A stretch of 64,000 nucleotides of DNA from Carcharhinus amblyrhynchos (taxonomy: Eukaryota), in NCBI GenBank assembly GCA_965287045.1, contig OZ336875.1, positions 30,442,001 to 30,506,000 of the forward strand, written 5' to 3'. A program made the translations under genes and the position numbers. Below the pieces are notes generated by a model. The model saw only the letters and a list, made by a program, of their open reading frames with translations. It did no database searches and was not told the DNA's origin. Positions 24,767-37,741 of this stretch are shown here, piece after piece; the stretch's first letter is position 1, and each line of letters opens with the position of its first letter.

Positions 24767-24943
24767 TCCAAAGATGTGCAGGTTAGGTAGATTGACCACA
24801 CTGAAATGCCCCTTAGTGTCTATCTAGACAAATGCATGAGGTTATGGGAATAGGGCCTGGATAGGATTGTTGTCAGTGCAGATTCGGTGGGCCGAATGGC
24901 CTCCTCCTGCACTGTAGGATTCTATGATCCAGAATCTATGATC
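24767..24943 (+). mobile_element. 5'-truncated HE1-like SINE (CR1 tail)
   Basis: tccaaagatgtgcaggttagg...gggccgaatggcctcctcctgcactgtaggattctatga. Confidence 0.85.
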
Positions 24944-26403
24944 AAGATTTTGGTGCCTGGTTTCCATTTTAGTATTTCTGGATTTTGGACTGGGCTGTCC
25001 GGCCCAAAGCCCAGATGGGAATATGTTCACCAGACACAGGAGAGTGATTGTGCTCAAATCATTTAGTGTCACGTATAATTCAGTGAGCTGCAGTTTGTTG
25101 TTCTGTGAATTTGAATTCTCATTGATGTTTTCAATTACATCCAGAGCGGGATATATTCCAGTAATCAACAAGGCGCCACATTGTCATTGTGGTGAACAAT
25201 TACAAGTGAAAGCAATTACAGGCACAGTGGAATCCTCTTATGCGCAATAGATCAGGACTGAAAAGGGGGAAGGGCGGGGGGGGAAGTTGCATGAAACTAG
25301 ATTTGAATATTATAGGTCTCCTTAGATCAGTGTTGACTCTGTGTTCAATAAAACTGGAATTTGGTTCCATTTTTATCAGTCGAGTTACTGCCAAAAATTT
25401 CCTTTGGTTGGAGTGCGTGTGCATGCGTGTGCTTCCATCTGCACTTACAGAAGCTTGAAGGCTTGCTGTAATCTCTCAATGCAATATTAGGTAATAAACT
25501 AGGATTTGGGGGTAGGGTACGGGGTTTGCTGGGTGTTGCATGATATGTTTTTGGTAGCCCCACTTTTGGGAATTGGCCAGTGGTGAAACAAGGGCTCTCA
25601 CCCATTCATCTCAAAGAAAGTTGCCCACAAAGATCTCGTGATCTCTACTGATGTATTTTCACCCTTGGGCAGCTGTTTAAATCTGGTGCCCCGGTCAGGG
25701 GGATGTCTGATTGTGCAGCAGCAGTGACGTCAGCAAACATGTAAGGAACCAACCATATTAAAGTGTTCACTCACACGGCAAACCAGGAAGTTAAAAATGC
25801 CTTCACTTTTAATGTGAAATTTCAGGTAGGTCTGATGATAATAAAATCATGGCTACTTAATCATTGTGCAGAAATATAATAGTCCACAAGTAGAAAGTTA
25901 ACTTTTCATGGACAGTGAGTGTGTAGTGGTAATTCAGGTGTTATTACAAGGTCAAAAACCTAGGTATGCCTCATTCAACAAGGTGTAATTTCTTGAAGAA
26001 ATTACTTCTACAGCCAGACTACCAGCATCAAAGTTTTTATCAAATCTTGATGTTAGTGGAGATTACAGTTTGTGGGACCTGAACAGCACATACTATGAGG
26101 GAGCATTGATTCACTGACAATCATTTCTGTATTTCCTGGTGGTTCTCCACATCTGTGGACTCATAAAGTTTCAGGGGAGTAGTGACTTAAATTGCTGCAA
26201 GTTTTACTATCATTACCACAGCAACGAATGAGTGTTGGCTAAAATTTGTGTTATAAGGAAATTTGTCTTCTCAGTGTAAATTCTGATTCACATTTATGTA
26301 CTGTGATTATTGCTGATGACATTGTACACTTTTCAAAGCCAATAGCATTTATTGTGAGAAAGTTACCCTCAAATCATTTATTTGTTGTTTTTTTTTAACA
26401 AAA

Positions 26404-26532
26404 TGTGTCAGGGGATTAGCAGGGTAAATAGTGTGGAGTTATGGGAGTAGGGCCTGGGTGAGATTGTGGTGGGTACAGGCTAGATAGGCTGAATGGCCTT
26501 CTTCTGCACTGTAGATATTCTATGATTCTATG
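26404..26532 (+). mobile_element. HE1-like SINE 3' part (CR1 tail)
   Basis: ggggattagcagggtaaata...ttctgcactgtagatattctatgattctatga. Confidence 0.85.
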
Positions 26533-27279
26533 AAGCCATTCAAAGCCCTCCCTAATATTGATTTTAAATTAGTCCTGAAGGCGCAATTTCCTATTTTAGA
26601 GGACCCTCAAGCCCTGCAAATCCCCGCTGTAAAACACATGAGGAATTGATAAAAGAATTCCAGACTGTTCAGCTTCATTCAGGGCTCCCACAGAAGTGAA
26701 ACGATGTGAAGAGTTTCACTGTTGGAGGAGTACTCTAATTGTGAGCCAACCATCCTGATGGAAGCCAATTCATTGTTTGAAGACTTAATGTAGATAAAAG
26801 CGATTCAGACAGAGCAATGAATTATTGGGATGCCACATCAGAAACCAGCCCAATCAGTATAAAAGTTCAGATTTCAATCCAAAATTATGATTTGGTACAG
26901 AATGCCTATTAAAGAACACTCTCTTTGGGCTTTTTCCAATTGTTCTTTTCACAATTCCCATTAAAATAATATTCTGTTAAGCTGCCCTGTAAGGGCCATC
27001 AAGATCACAAGTGAGAAGAAACTGCTATCTGAGATTTTCTAGTGCATTTAAAGGTACATGGAGCATCTTCATTATAACAGGATCCATGAAGCAAGGTATG
27101 CACTATAGTCAGTGTCACATAAGACAGCAGTATAGGCAATGCATAAACGTTAGGAATAAAGGGGCAGTTGTTTCAGAACAGAAAGAGCCTTTTAACTGAA
27201 GGTGACTTTTGATGAGAATCTGGTTTGTTACCAAAAGGTATGGGAATCCTCAGAGTGAAGTAATGCAGTCCCATTTGTC

Positions 27280-27625
27280 TCTCCAATTTTCTCCTCACAC
27301 CCAGCTCTCTTAAAGGGGTGACTCTGATAAGATGAAATACCTCACCATCCTTCACATGTGCTTCCCTGTAGTGACTGTCAGCAAGTTATCTGGCAATGCA
27401 GAGCGTTAGCCCTGTCCCCAATCTTGCTCTCTCCAGATGGCCACACCTATGTGATGGTAGTTACCGGATAGTAATTAGCAGCAGGAACCTTGGCTCATTT
27501 TTCTGCCCCACTTAATCTGTGCTGAGGCCAATTGTAACACTCTTACTGTCACCCCAGTGCACTGGGCACAAATCAGATATTAAACTTGGCACCTCCAGCA
27601 GCTCAGTAGCACACTGCGCAGTGCT
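27280..27625 (-). mobile_element. Ancient SINE, unnamed family (other copies near 5780-5940, 36890-37125, 49290-49945, 51350-51500, 60420-61080)
   Basis: Shared diverged motifs gcaggaaccttggctcatttt and tgaggccaattgta. Confidence 0.55.
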
Positions 27626-27765
27626 TTTCCAACTGGTCTGCAACTACTTTGCTGAGGTGGAGACTCTGCATAATACAGAATTATTGCATCAATGTTCTGT
27701 TTATGAAGTGAGTGAGAGCTCCTATTGATTGCTGAATATGGTCTGGAACTGGATTTTTGAATTAT

Positions 27766-28960
27766 TGGGCGGAGTCTTCCCATAGTTTGTCAGTTTCAGC
27801 GAGAAAACTGTGTGTAGCTTTTCAGCTGCAGTTTTCTCTGCACATTCTCTGGCACTCAGTGCACAGAAAATCTGGGGCATGTTTTGTGGCATCACTCTAG
27901 TGGGGTAGTGCCTGACAGAGTGGGCAAGGTGCCATCCCTAAAGGGCACCCTTGATTTGCTTTAAAAGATAACTCCCCCTCCCCGCCACAGACATAGAGGA
28001 GCCACCCATGAGACGACCCTCCCCTCCCACCCCACCATAGGCATCAGAGCATCCCAGAAGGGGACAGTGCCAGGGGCAGTGCTAGGGCACTGCCCAGGAA
28101 TAAGAACATAAGAACATAAGAAATAGGAGCAGGAGTAGGCCATCTGGCCCTTCGAGCCTGCCCCGCCATTCAATAAGATCATGGCTGATCTGTCGTGGCT
28201 CAGTTCCACTTTCCCGCCCTCTCCCCATAACCCTTAATCCCCTCTCTTATCAATAACCCATCAACCCGCTTCTTAAAAATATTTAGCGAGGCAGCCTCCA
28301 CCACTTCAACGGGCAGAGAATTCCAGAGATTCACCACCCTTTGAGTGAAGAAGTTCCTCCTCAACTCCGTTCTAAACCGCCTCCCCCTTATCTTGAGGCT
28401 GTGCCCCCTAGTCCTATTATCCTTTCTGAGCGGGAAGAGTCTCTCCACCTCTATCCTATCCATCCCATTCATCATCTTATACGTCTCAATGAGATCTCCC
28501 CTCATTCTTCTAAACTCTAACGAGTGCAAGCCTAGTTTATTCAGCCTCTCCTCATAGCTCAACCCCCTCAACTCCGGTATCAGCCTAGTAAACCTCCTCT
28601 GCACTCCCCTTGGGGGCTAGGCTTAACTTAGTGTCCCCAGCAAGTTTTCCTTGACAGCTTTAAGCTTTGCAGATGTTGTCAACTTCGGTGACGTGCCATC
28701 ACTTCAGCGAGGGGGGAGTTTCCTACTCTGGCGGGGGTGGGAGAGGAAGGTCATATGACAGGGGAGCCCTTTAAATACGTTTAAATTTATTTAAATGTAT
28801 TTAAGGGAGGTTATCATTCAGAATGGAATCAGCGAGGGGCGGGGGAAAATCTAGGAAAGAGATCTCCCCAGTGGGATTCTCATTCCCGCGGTGTCACGGG
28901 ATTTGCCGCTGGCGTAGCCACTTTACCTCACAGTGAGCTCCGTTTGAAAATCCCCCCATA
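27766..28960. mobile_element. GC-rich Harbinger-like element interrupted by CR1
   Basis: Ends gggcggagtcttcc ... gaaaatcccccc; GC-rich interior split by the CR1 at 28100-28608. Confidence 0.55.
28100..28608 (-). mobile_element. Young 5'-truncated CR1 (HER1-like) LINE
   Basis: Uninterrupted 134-aa ORF2 C-terminus (QRRFTRLIPEL...RGDLIETYK...TRGHSLK...FFTQRVVNLWNSLP) and (TTCTTATG)n tail. Confidence 0.95.
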
Positions 28961-30318
28961 GGGTGAGAAATTCCTGCTGCTAGTCAACGGGCATTTTGCC
29001 AGGCTGCCAAATTTCCCTTCCCATCTGTGGGTTACCTGTTGTGGGTGGGGGATCAGATAACCCTGATCATAATTTACCAAAGTGGATCAGCTCTTTAAAG
29101 CTTATTGTAGCGAACGACCACCATCGCAGACAGTGAAATGATCCTTTACACACAGAAGATATGCACAGTCAATGACAGAATGAACAGAAAGTAGAATCAA
29201 ATGATAGAATTATCCCACAGTTGAGGATTGCTGATGAAATAATAACAACAGAAGCACAAAACATAGATCATTAATTGATGGCAGCAGAGACCCGCCCTCT
29301 CCACTTAATTCACTCCCAGGTAGTTTTATATGTATAAAAGTTGGGCCCTTGTCAATAGGGTTCTGGTGTAATTGACTTGAGAGTCATGTATTATGACTAA
29401 CTGTGATATTAGACCTGAAAGTTTACAGTAAAACTGACAGCTAATATAGTGCTGTGAATTCTTGCACAATGTAATGGTTCACACATTGTTCTATCTCTAC
29501 TTTACGAGACGGTTAAAATATGCTAAAAATGCAAGGCAATTTTTTTAATAGTCCTCAGTGTCACGTAAAAACACAGTTTTTACGTTCAACAAGAAGCACT
29601 GCTCCGGCATTACAATACTGTTTTATAAAAAAACAAAATCTCTTTCTAAGTCGTAAAACAGTGTGGGAAAATTAAGCACAGGAATTGTTAGGTGCATGAA
29701 CAGAAAATGTAATGAAGCCCAAACAGTAAAAACGCAAAAGTTGTAAATCGACGCGTACATATTAAATTTTTCAAAATTGGTAAAGGCATAACTCAGAGAG
29801 TTCGAGGTACACTCAAGAGGGTCAGGTAATGGGATAAACAGCAGCAGTTTCCCAATTGCACTTTTGCCACCTCGCACCATGATTGTGTTGACAGCTGTAA
29901 CACACTCCCAGCCATCTGTTATTCTCTATGGCCTGCAAATGACACAGTGTGATATTAGGATGTGCGTTTGTATGAAATTACTTTGTCTGCTACTTTGACG
30001 GAGCCATTAACCTGGTTATCTTAAATGGTTTAAGACCTTTATTAATCTAAGTCTTTCCATTAACCAAATTCATCAGCTGTTTATCATGCAGTACAATTTT
30101 TGCACTTATGTGTTATGTGTGAAAAAAAAAAGTGATGTGGTTAAAAGAAAAGGGACGAGGCTAGTGTCTGGTTGACATATCTGTGCAGTGCCAAGAGCTG
30201 GGCCCAGATGTAGGCATGTGAGTCAAGGTTGGATATTTTCAGAACATGCTGCAGGTGATGGGTGTTGGCTAGGAGAGCTGAGAAGGAGTGGCCCATGTGC
30301 ACTAACTCAATGTATAAT

Positions 30319-32875
30319 GAACATAGAACATAGAACAGTACAGCACAGTGCAGGCCCTTTGGCTCTTGATGTTGTGCCGAGCTTTGTCTGAAACCAAGAT
30401 CAAGCTATCCCACTCCTTATCATTCTGGTGTGCTCCATGTGCCTATCCAATAACCGCTTGAAAGTTCCTAAAGTGTCCGGCTCCATTATCACAGCAGGCA
30501 GTCCATTCCACACCCCAACCACTCTCTGAGTAAAGAACCTACCTTGGGCATCCCTTCTATGTCTCCCACCATGAACCTTATAGTTATGCCGCCTAGTAAC
30601 TACTATATCCACCCAAGGAAATAGTCTCTGAACATCCACTCTATCTATCCCCCTCATCTTCTTATAAACCTCTATTAAGTCACCTCTCATCCTTCTCTGC
30701 TCTAAAAAGAAAAGCCGTAGCTCCCTCAACCTTTCCTCATAAGACCTCCCTTCCAAACCAGGCAGCATCCTTGTAAATTTCCTCTGCACTCTCTCCAATG
30801 CTTCCACATTCTTTTTATAGTGAGGTGACCAGAACTACACACAATATTCCAAATGTGGTCTTACCAAGATCCTGTACAATTGCAGCATAACCCCACAGCT
30901 CTTCAACTCAAACCCTCTGTTAATAAATGCTAACACACTATAGGCTTTCTTCATGGCTCTACCCACTCGAGTGGCAATCGTCAGAGATCTGTGGGTATGA
31001 ACCCCAGATCGCTCTGTTCCTCCACATTCACCAGAACTCTGTGGTTGACCCTGTAATCTGCATTCAAATTTGTCCTACCCAAATGAATCATCGTGCACTT
31101 ATTAGGGTTAAATGCCATCTGCCTCTTTTCTGCCCAGCTCTGCATCCTATCAATGTCTCATTGCAGCCTACAGCAGCCCTCCACCTAATCCACTACTCCA
31201 CCAATCTTGGTGTCATCAGCAAATTTACTGACCCACCTTTCAGCCCCCTCCTCCAAGTCATTGATAAAAATTACAAATAGCAGAGGACCCAGCACTGATC
31301 CCTGTGGTACACTGCTGATAACTGGTCTCCAGTCTGAAAAATTTCCATCCACCACCACCCTCGGTCTTCTATGAGATAGCCAGTTACTTATCCAATCGGC
31401 CAAATTTCCCTCTATCCCACACCTCCTTACTTTCTTCATGAGCCTACCATGGGGAACCTTATCAAACACCTTACTAAAATCCATGTACACAACATAACTG
31501 CTCTACCTTCATCTACACACTTACTTATCTCCTCAAAGAATTCAATCAAATTTGTGACGCAAGACTTATCCTTCACAAATCCATGCTGACTATCCCGGAT
31601 TAAGATGTATCTTTCCAAATGCTCATAAATCCTGTCCCTCGGGACCTTTTCCATTAACTTACTGACCACTGAAGTAAGACCAACGGGCCTATAATTCCCA
31701 GGGTCATTCCTATTTCCTTTCGAACAAAGGAACAACGTTCCTTATAAGATGATAAAAGGGATGGATAGGGTAGAGGTGGAGAGGTTCTTCCCGCTCAGAA
31801 AGGACAGTAGGACTAGAGGGCACAGCCTCAAGATAAGTGGGGGGCAGTTTAGAACGGAGTTGAGGAGGAACTTCTTCACTCAAAGGGTGGTGAATCTCTG
31901 GAATTCTCTGCCCGTTGAAGTGGTGGAGGCTACCTCGCTAAATATATTTAAGACGCGGGTAGATAGGTTTTTGGTAGGCAAGGGGATTAAGGGTTATGGG
32001 GAGAAAGCGGGAAAGTGGAACTGATCCACTTCAGATCAGCCATGATCTTATTGAATGGTGGGGCAGGCTCGAAGGGCTAGATGGCCTACTCCTGCTCCTT
32101 TTTCTTATGTTTCTTATGTTTCTTATTCACCACTCTCCAGTCCTCTGGCACTATCCCTGTGGACAGTGAGGACTGAAAGATCAAAGCCAAAGGCTCTACA
32201 ATCTCATCCCTTGCCTCCCAAAGAATCCTAGGATATATCCCATCTGGCCCAGGGACTTATCGACCCTCAGGTTTTTCAAAATTGCTAATACATCTTCCTT
32301 CAGAACATCTACCTCCTCCAGCCTATCGGCCTGTATCACACTTTCATCCTCAGAAATATGGCCCTCTCCTTGGTAAACACTGGAGAAAAGTATTCATTCA
32401 TTACCTCTCCGATCTCTTCTGACTGCATGCACAAGTTTCCACTACTATCCTTGATAGGCCCTAACCTCACTCTGGTCATTCTTTTATTTCTCACATAAGA
32501 GTAAAAAGCCTTGGGGTTTTCCTTGATCTGACCCACCAAGGGTTTCTCATGCCTCCTCCTAGCTCTCCTAAGCCCTTTTTTTAGTTCATTCCTTGCTACT
32601 TTGTAACACTCAAGCGACCCAACTGAACCTTGTTTTCTCATCCTTACATGTGATTCCTTTTTCCGCTTGACAGGACATTCAACCTCTTTTGTGAACCATG
32701 GTTCCCTCACTCAGCCATTTCCTCCCTGCCTTACAGGAACATACCTATCAAGGACACACAGTATTTGTTCCTTGAACAAGCTCCACCTTTCATTTGTCCC
32801 TTTCCCTGACAGTGTCTGTTCCCATCTTACGCTCCCTAATTCTTGCCTAATTGCATCTTAATTACCCCTCCCCCA
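30319..32875 (-). mobile_element. CR1 LINE ORF2 remnant (second family), interrupted by a nested CR1
   Basis: [47 protein letters not shown]; (TTCTATG)n tail at 30319. Confidence 0.95.
31741..32126 (+). mobile_element. Young CR1 3' end nested in the opposite orientation
   Basis: 91-aa ORF very similar to the 28200-28604 ORF; (TTTCTTATG)n tail; host CR1 resumes at about 32127. Confidence 0.95.
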
Positions 32876-33121
32876 AAGGTAATGAAGAGGTTGTAACAAG
32901 CATAACATGTGTATTATGATTGAGAATGGGTTCTCATGGGAAAAATCTTACTTTCTGAAGGAATAAGTGTCAAATAATGTGGAATTAATACGGGCTAAAA
33001 TTATTTTGAGTAAATTCACAATAAAACATATTTTAACAGGAGTCAGAACCAGCTTGCAAAACAACATAGTTAACTCCCTTCACAACAATGTGAATTTACT
33101 GATAAGAAGTACACATACCTA

Positions 33122-33335
33122 GGCTGGAAGTTTCTCATTGCTCATGCCAGCGGGATCTTCTGGTCCAGTTTCGTCTGGCTTACTGCACCCCTGCTGTGGC
33201 TTTCCTGGCAATGTGGGGTGGAGGCAATAGGAAATCCCATTAACAATGATGAGACCAGAAGATCCCATTGCTGGCCAACAGCAGGCCAACTCCCACCACG
33301 GAATTACAGCATGGGGAGGCCAGAGAATCCAGCCC
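33122..33335. mobile_element. PIF/Harbinger-like MITE
   Basis: TIR-like ends ggctggaagtttctc / gagaatccagccc. Confidence 0.65.
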
Positions 33336-33369
33336 ATAGAAAATGATAATCTATGGTACTTGCCATTAC

Positions 33370-33588
33370 GTGGAGATGCCGGTGTTGGACTGGGGTAAAC
33401 ACAGTAAGAAGTCTGACAACACCAGGTTTAAGTCCAACCGATTTATTTGATAGTAAACTCACAAGCTTTCAGGTCTGAGGCCAGAACTCTCCATTCACCT
33501 GACGAAGGGACAAACCCCGAAAGCTTGTGAGTTTACTATCAAATAAATCAGTTGGACTTAAACCTGGTGTTGTCAGACTTCATACTAC
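33370..33588. mobile_element. Penelope-like fold-back remnant
   Basis: 68-bp inverted arms (33403-33470 and 33519-33586, 2 mismatches); 12-bp TSD acttgccattac at 33358-33369 and 33589-33600. Confidence 0.85.
33495..33530 (+). ncRNA. Minimal type-I hammerhead ribozyme motif (intact core)
   Basis: TCAC-CTGACGA-A-GGG(ACAAAC)CCC-GAAA-GC-TT-GTGA: stem I TCAC/GTGA, CUGANGA box, stem II, GAAA, palindromic AGCU stem III and UH. Confidence 0.8.
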
Positions 33589-36500
33589 ACTTGCCATTAC
33601 ACCAGCATATTAGCATATAATGCTACCCCTGATAATAAAAACAACAACGTTATAGAATAATACTTGGCCTAAGGTCCTAATACCTTGCTGGAACCTGCAC
33701 CTTGACTAAGTAAATTGACTAACATGACTGTTACCTAAGGTCGAGTTTTCAAGAATAAATTCCAAATAAAATTTCTTACTAATTGAACGGGCCTTCTCAC
33801 TAAAATAGGCGGTCCTTTCACCAAATATGTGACATTAATTAGAGATGGTCTATTATTGATCAAATGAACATCTTCTGTGCAACCATTAATTAAAGAACCC
33901 TAAAATTCATTATAAATATCTCAACCTAAACTCAAATAATTTCAAATTTGTTAGACTTTTTAGATTGGCTTCAGATCCATTCAGAACCTAATGAGTGTCA
34001 CACCCTTAGGGATTAAGGTTATCTTACTTTAATATTTGATGGATATCCCTACTTCTTATTAAAAATCTTATATCCGTAACAAATAAAGGCTAAAGATTGA
34101 TTTCTCTCACTGAAATTAGAATTAGTTATCGTTTCATTTCTTTTTGGTTTTTCTCTAGTGTTGCGATTTATGCTTTTCGCGTAACGACCAAGTTGCATGT
34201 TTTCTTATGTAAGAAATTTGTATGTACCTAAAGTTTAAATTGTCGCATTTAATCTTCTGCATCAACGACTCTTGAACCCGAGTCCTGTCCCCTTATGGTG
34301 GGGGAGTATTTATGGAGGGGTTTCACAAGGACCCTTTTAATATCCTGCAAAACCATAGACTATCTAAGCACCTACTTAAAAATAAGGTTATCAGGATAAT
34401 CTAGGCTGATTCCCTTCCTGTGGGTGGAGGCTGTTTAGACTCAGTGGACCCAGTTACATGTTCTTGAGTCTGAGTTGGGGGGAGTTAATCAGGAGGGATG
34501 CCTGATCTTGAATAGCTCTAAAAAATGAGACAAGTATTGTAGGACACTGCAGAGTGGAGGTCCAGTTCTAAACTAAGGTTGTAGGAGCAGACTATAATAA
34601 AGCCTGTTTGGAAGCATGATAATGGACAAGCGAGTGCGGGTAGCTGACAGAGGAGAGAGCACAGCAGCATCTGGATCAACCTATCACCAACCCAAATACG
34701 GTGGAAACAATAGTCATTATCATTCATCTTACACTTAATATGAATTTTCTGACAATACCACATAAAGAATCATACAAGTGCTGGCACTTTGATAGAGATG
34801 TCCTATTAAACTCCAGCCCTTGCTCTGTCATAGCCCTGCAAATTATCCACGTGTCCTCATGGTAGGGTTGCTTTGAGATATATGGATTTTATTTCCTTGG
34901 ATGGATAACATTTGATTAAGAGGAGCTGACTGTCCCAACTACGTAGTGACCAGGGCTATCAGTCAGTGAGGCTGAACATTTCTGCACTTTTATGACATTG
35001 ATGGGGGAAAAAAAAACACCATTTGCACTCATCACAGTGCTGGCTGCTGGAGTAGTGACAGCGCTGCTGCCCTGCCAGCCCTTGCACTTGTCAGCTCCAG
35101 AGAGCAGCAGAGAAGCAGTTTGTTCTTGACATCAGACAGCCCCTCTGCTGGGCCCTGGTTTCATGTTACATTAAGTATTAGTGCTGTTCTTTCAGGAGCC
35201 ATTATGCTGTGACATCAAAGATCAACTTGCGGGGCAGTCCTGGGTTAGTCCCTGATTTCAGCTAGAACTTTCCAGGCATGAAATGAAATGTACATGATTA
35301 ACCTAAGGTTGGGAGTGCGATGGAGTTCTGATCTGGATTTTTTCTTCAGAGAGAGAGAAGATGATTTCCATTTAATTATATACATTTGAGCGAAATCCTA
35401 AGGAATCAGCGTGTTTACTGAATTATTGAGCTTTGTGGTGCTTTTTAGTTGCAGTTGGTGATGACTTTGAGAATGGAGTAATTTAAGGCTGTACTTACTT
35501 AAACGGATTCTTGCTGGTGACAAGTCTACAGGTGCTGCAAAGCTCAAAATAAAAGGCATTTCTGCCAATGTGACCAACGACCCCAATGTCTCTCAACAAC
35601 AATGTAAGTGTGCAGTGAACTTGCTATTGGAGGTGCAAGTGGGCATGTTTCTTAGCTCTGGTGCACTAACCAACAAAGCATGCCTTATGCTTACCATTTT
35701 TAGGCCTGTATTTTTATGATCGTATGTCCATGCAGACCATTGGGGAAGGCATTGCAATGCAGTGAATTTAAACCAACTGGACATGCCCGCAACCTTTCAT
35801 GTAGCCATAGAATCCATAGCACAATATGACTGAGGAGGCTTCTCACAGAGAATCTGTTTCACAGGACCATTTCTGAGAACTGAAGTTCACTTGGCTTATA
35901 GTTGTTGGACCCTTTTAGGTCAGCTCAGTTTTGCTTTTTGCTGCATTTTGCAGGCTACTGCAGACTATTAGGCCTTTGGCATTATCAACTGGAACTTAAG
36001 AGGACCGCCTAAGCTGTTCTGCTTCTCTCCCTGTGAATCAATCACAAAGGAAGTCTGTGACAAGCTACCTGTGATGTTTTGTCCAGCATGCAATCAACAG
36101 AGCATTTGTGCTGCCTTATGACATTAATACAAAGATTATTAATATCTGTATTTAATAACACCACATATTATGTCCTCATTTTATCAAATTGCATGCCATA
36201 CCACAATGGTGCACTTACAAGCATCATTAAATCCACTAGCATCCAGCAAAACCAAGTGAAATGTTGCTTTCCCTTGCTGCTACCGTGACACATTCCAGCA
36301 GGTTTCTTTTTGATGCGAAATGTTCTTGTTGGTGACCCAGACTAGAGGAACTGGCACCCCAAGAGGAATGTAAAAGTTGATTATGATACTAAATTAAATA
36401 TAACATTTCATCACAATGTCTATTCAGGATCATTACGCACTTTTTTCATTAATATTATTTATAATGTCTATATCTCAGGAATAAAAATGCCGATTAGAGG

Positions 36501-36889
36501 GTGGGAGTCAGTCATAGGAACAATTGCTTTGATTACACAGCCACAGTGAATGACTGGCAAATTGGAGACTCAGGCAAGGCTTTTATTTGTGATATGTATA
36601 ATTTTGCTTTTGCGTGTCTGTGGGACATGTGACATTGTTTCACATCAGTAAATATGCAGTGCCTATCTCTTAATCTATCTCTTGAAAGCTACCAAGTGTG
36701 GTATTTAAAATAAGTTTGGGGCCAGCATTTTGTTTTCTTTCCTCATCAGATGATAAGAACCGATTGTTTTTAGGACATGCTGTAACATCCAGTAATGCCT
36801 CATGACCAATTTGGGGAATACAGTTTAAGCAGAGAGTCTACTTTTGTATTTGGATTATTAGAACACTGCCCAATGGCTCTGTGAGGCCA

Positions 36890-37125
36890 TTGGAAGCTAC
36901 AACACCAGACCATGAAAAACAGGAAGGCACCAGGATCAATGAGTTAGCTGATCTCAGCTGTAGGGATGGAAGAGTGACTATAATTGGTCTCAGTAGTTCA
37001 TGCTAGGTTGGAGAAAATCAATCTGTGTTTCAAATCACTACCTGTGTTGGGTGAGAATAGGATTGGGTTTGGCTTTGATGTCGTATCTAGTTAAACATTC
37101 TACTAGCAGTCACCATCTAAAAGAG
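36890..37125 (+). mobile_element. Ancient SINE copy (family of 27280-27625)
   Basis: gagttagctgatctcagc...taattggtctcagt...gggtgagaataggattggg. Confidence 0.55.
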
Positions 37126-37477
37126 GAGCGAAGAGCATTAAAAAAGGAAATGTGTTCAGTTGTCCTCTTCAATCCTTGGTTTGGTTTTCAGTCAAATTTC
37201 TATTGGATAGGCATTAGCTTCAGCAACAACATTTCCTATCATTATGATTTATCTTTCTATTCTGTCATGGGATGTGAACACCATTGGCAAGATCAGCACC
37301 TATTGTCTGTCCTTTTGAGAAGTTGATAATAATCTACCTTTTGGGCCACCACAATCCCTGTGGTGAAGGTGCACTCCGCAGCGAGGGAAGGAGTTCCAGG
37401 AATCTGAGGCACGAACTGTGAAGGAGCAGTAATAAAATTTCAAGTTGTGATTATGCACGACTTCTAGGGGAACTTGG

Positions 37478-37658
37478 GTGGCACTGCTGCCTCACAGCGC
37501 CAAAAACCTAGGTTCAATTCTGACCTGGGTGACTGTCTGTGGGGAGTTTGCGCAGTCTTCCTGTGTCTGCATGGATTTTTGCCGGTTCTCTGGTTTCTTC
37601 CCTCAGTCCAAAGACGTACAGGTTAGATGGATTGATCATCCTTCATTACCCCTTAGAG

Positions 37659-37741
<83 letters not shown>

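Noticed and set aside
25727-25734. CRE palindrome TGACGTCA
   Set aside because: A single 8-mer is expected about once per 64 kb, and it sits in a probable old repeat.
33640-34500. Compositionally odd unique stretch (NUMT or foreign DNA?)
   Set aside because: No ORF, rRNA, tRNA or repeat similarity I can support; needs BLAST.
35082-35092. ttgcacttgtc match to miR-25/miR-92
   Set aside because: Only 11 nt match; the 5' and 3' flanks differ from the mature miRNAs.
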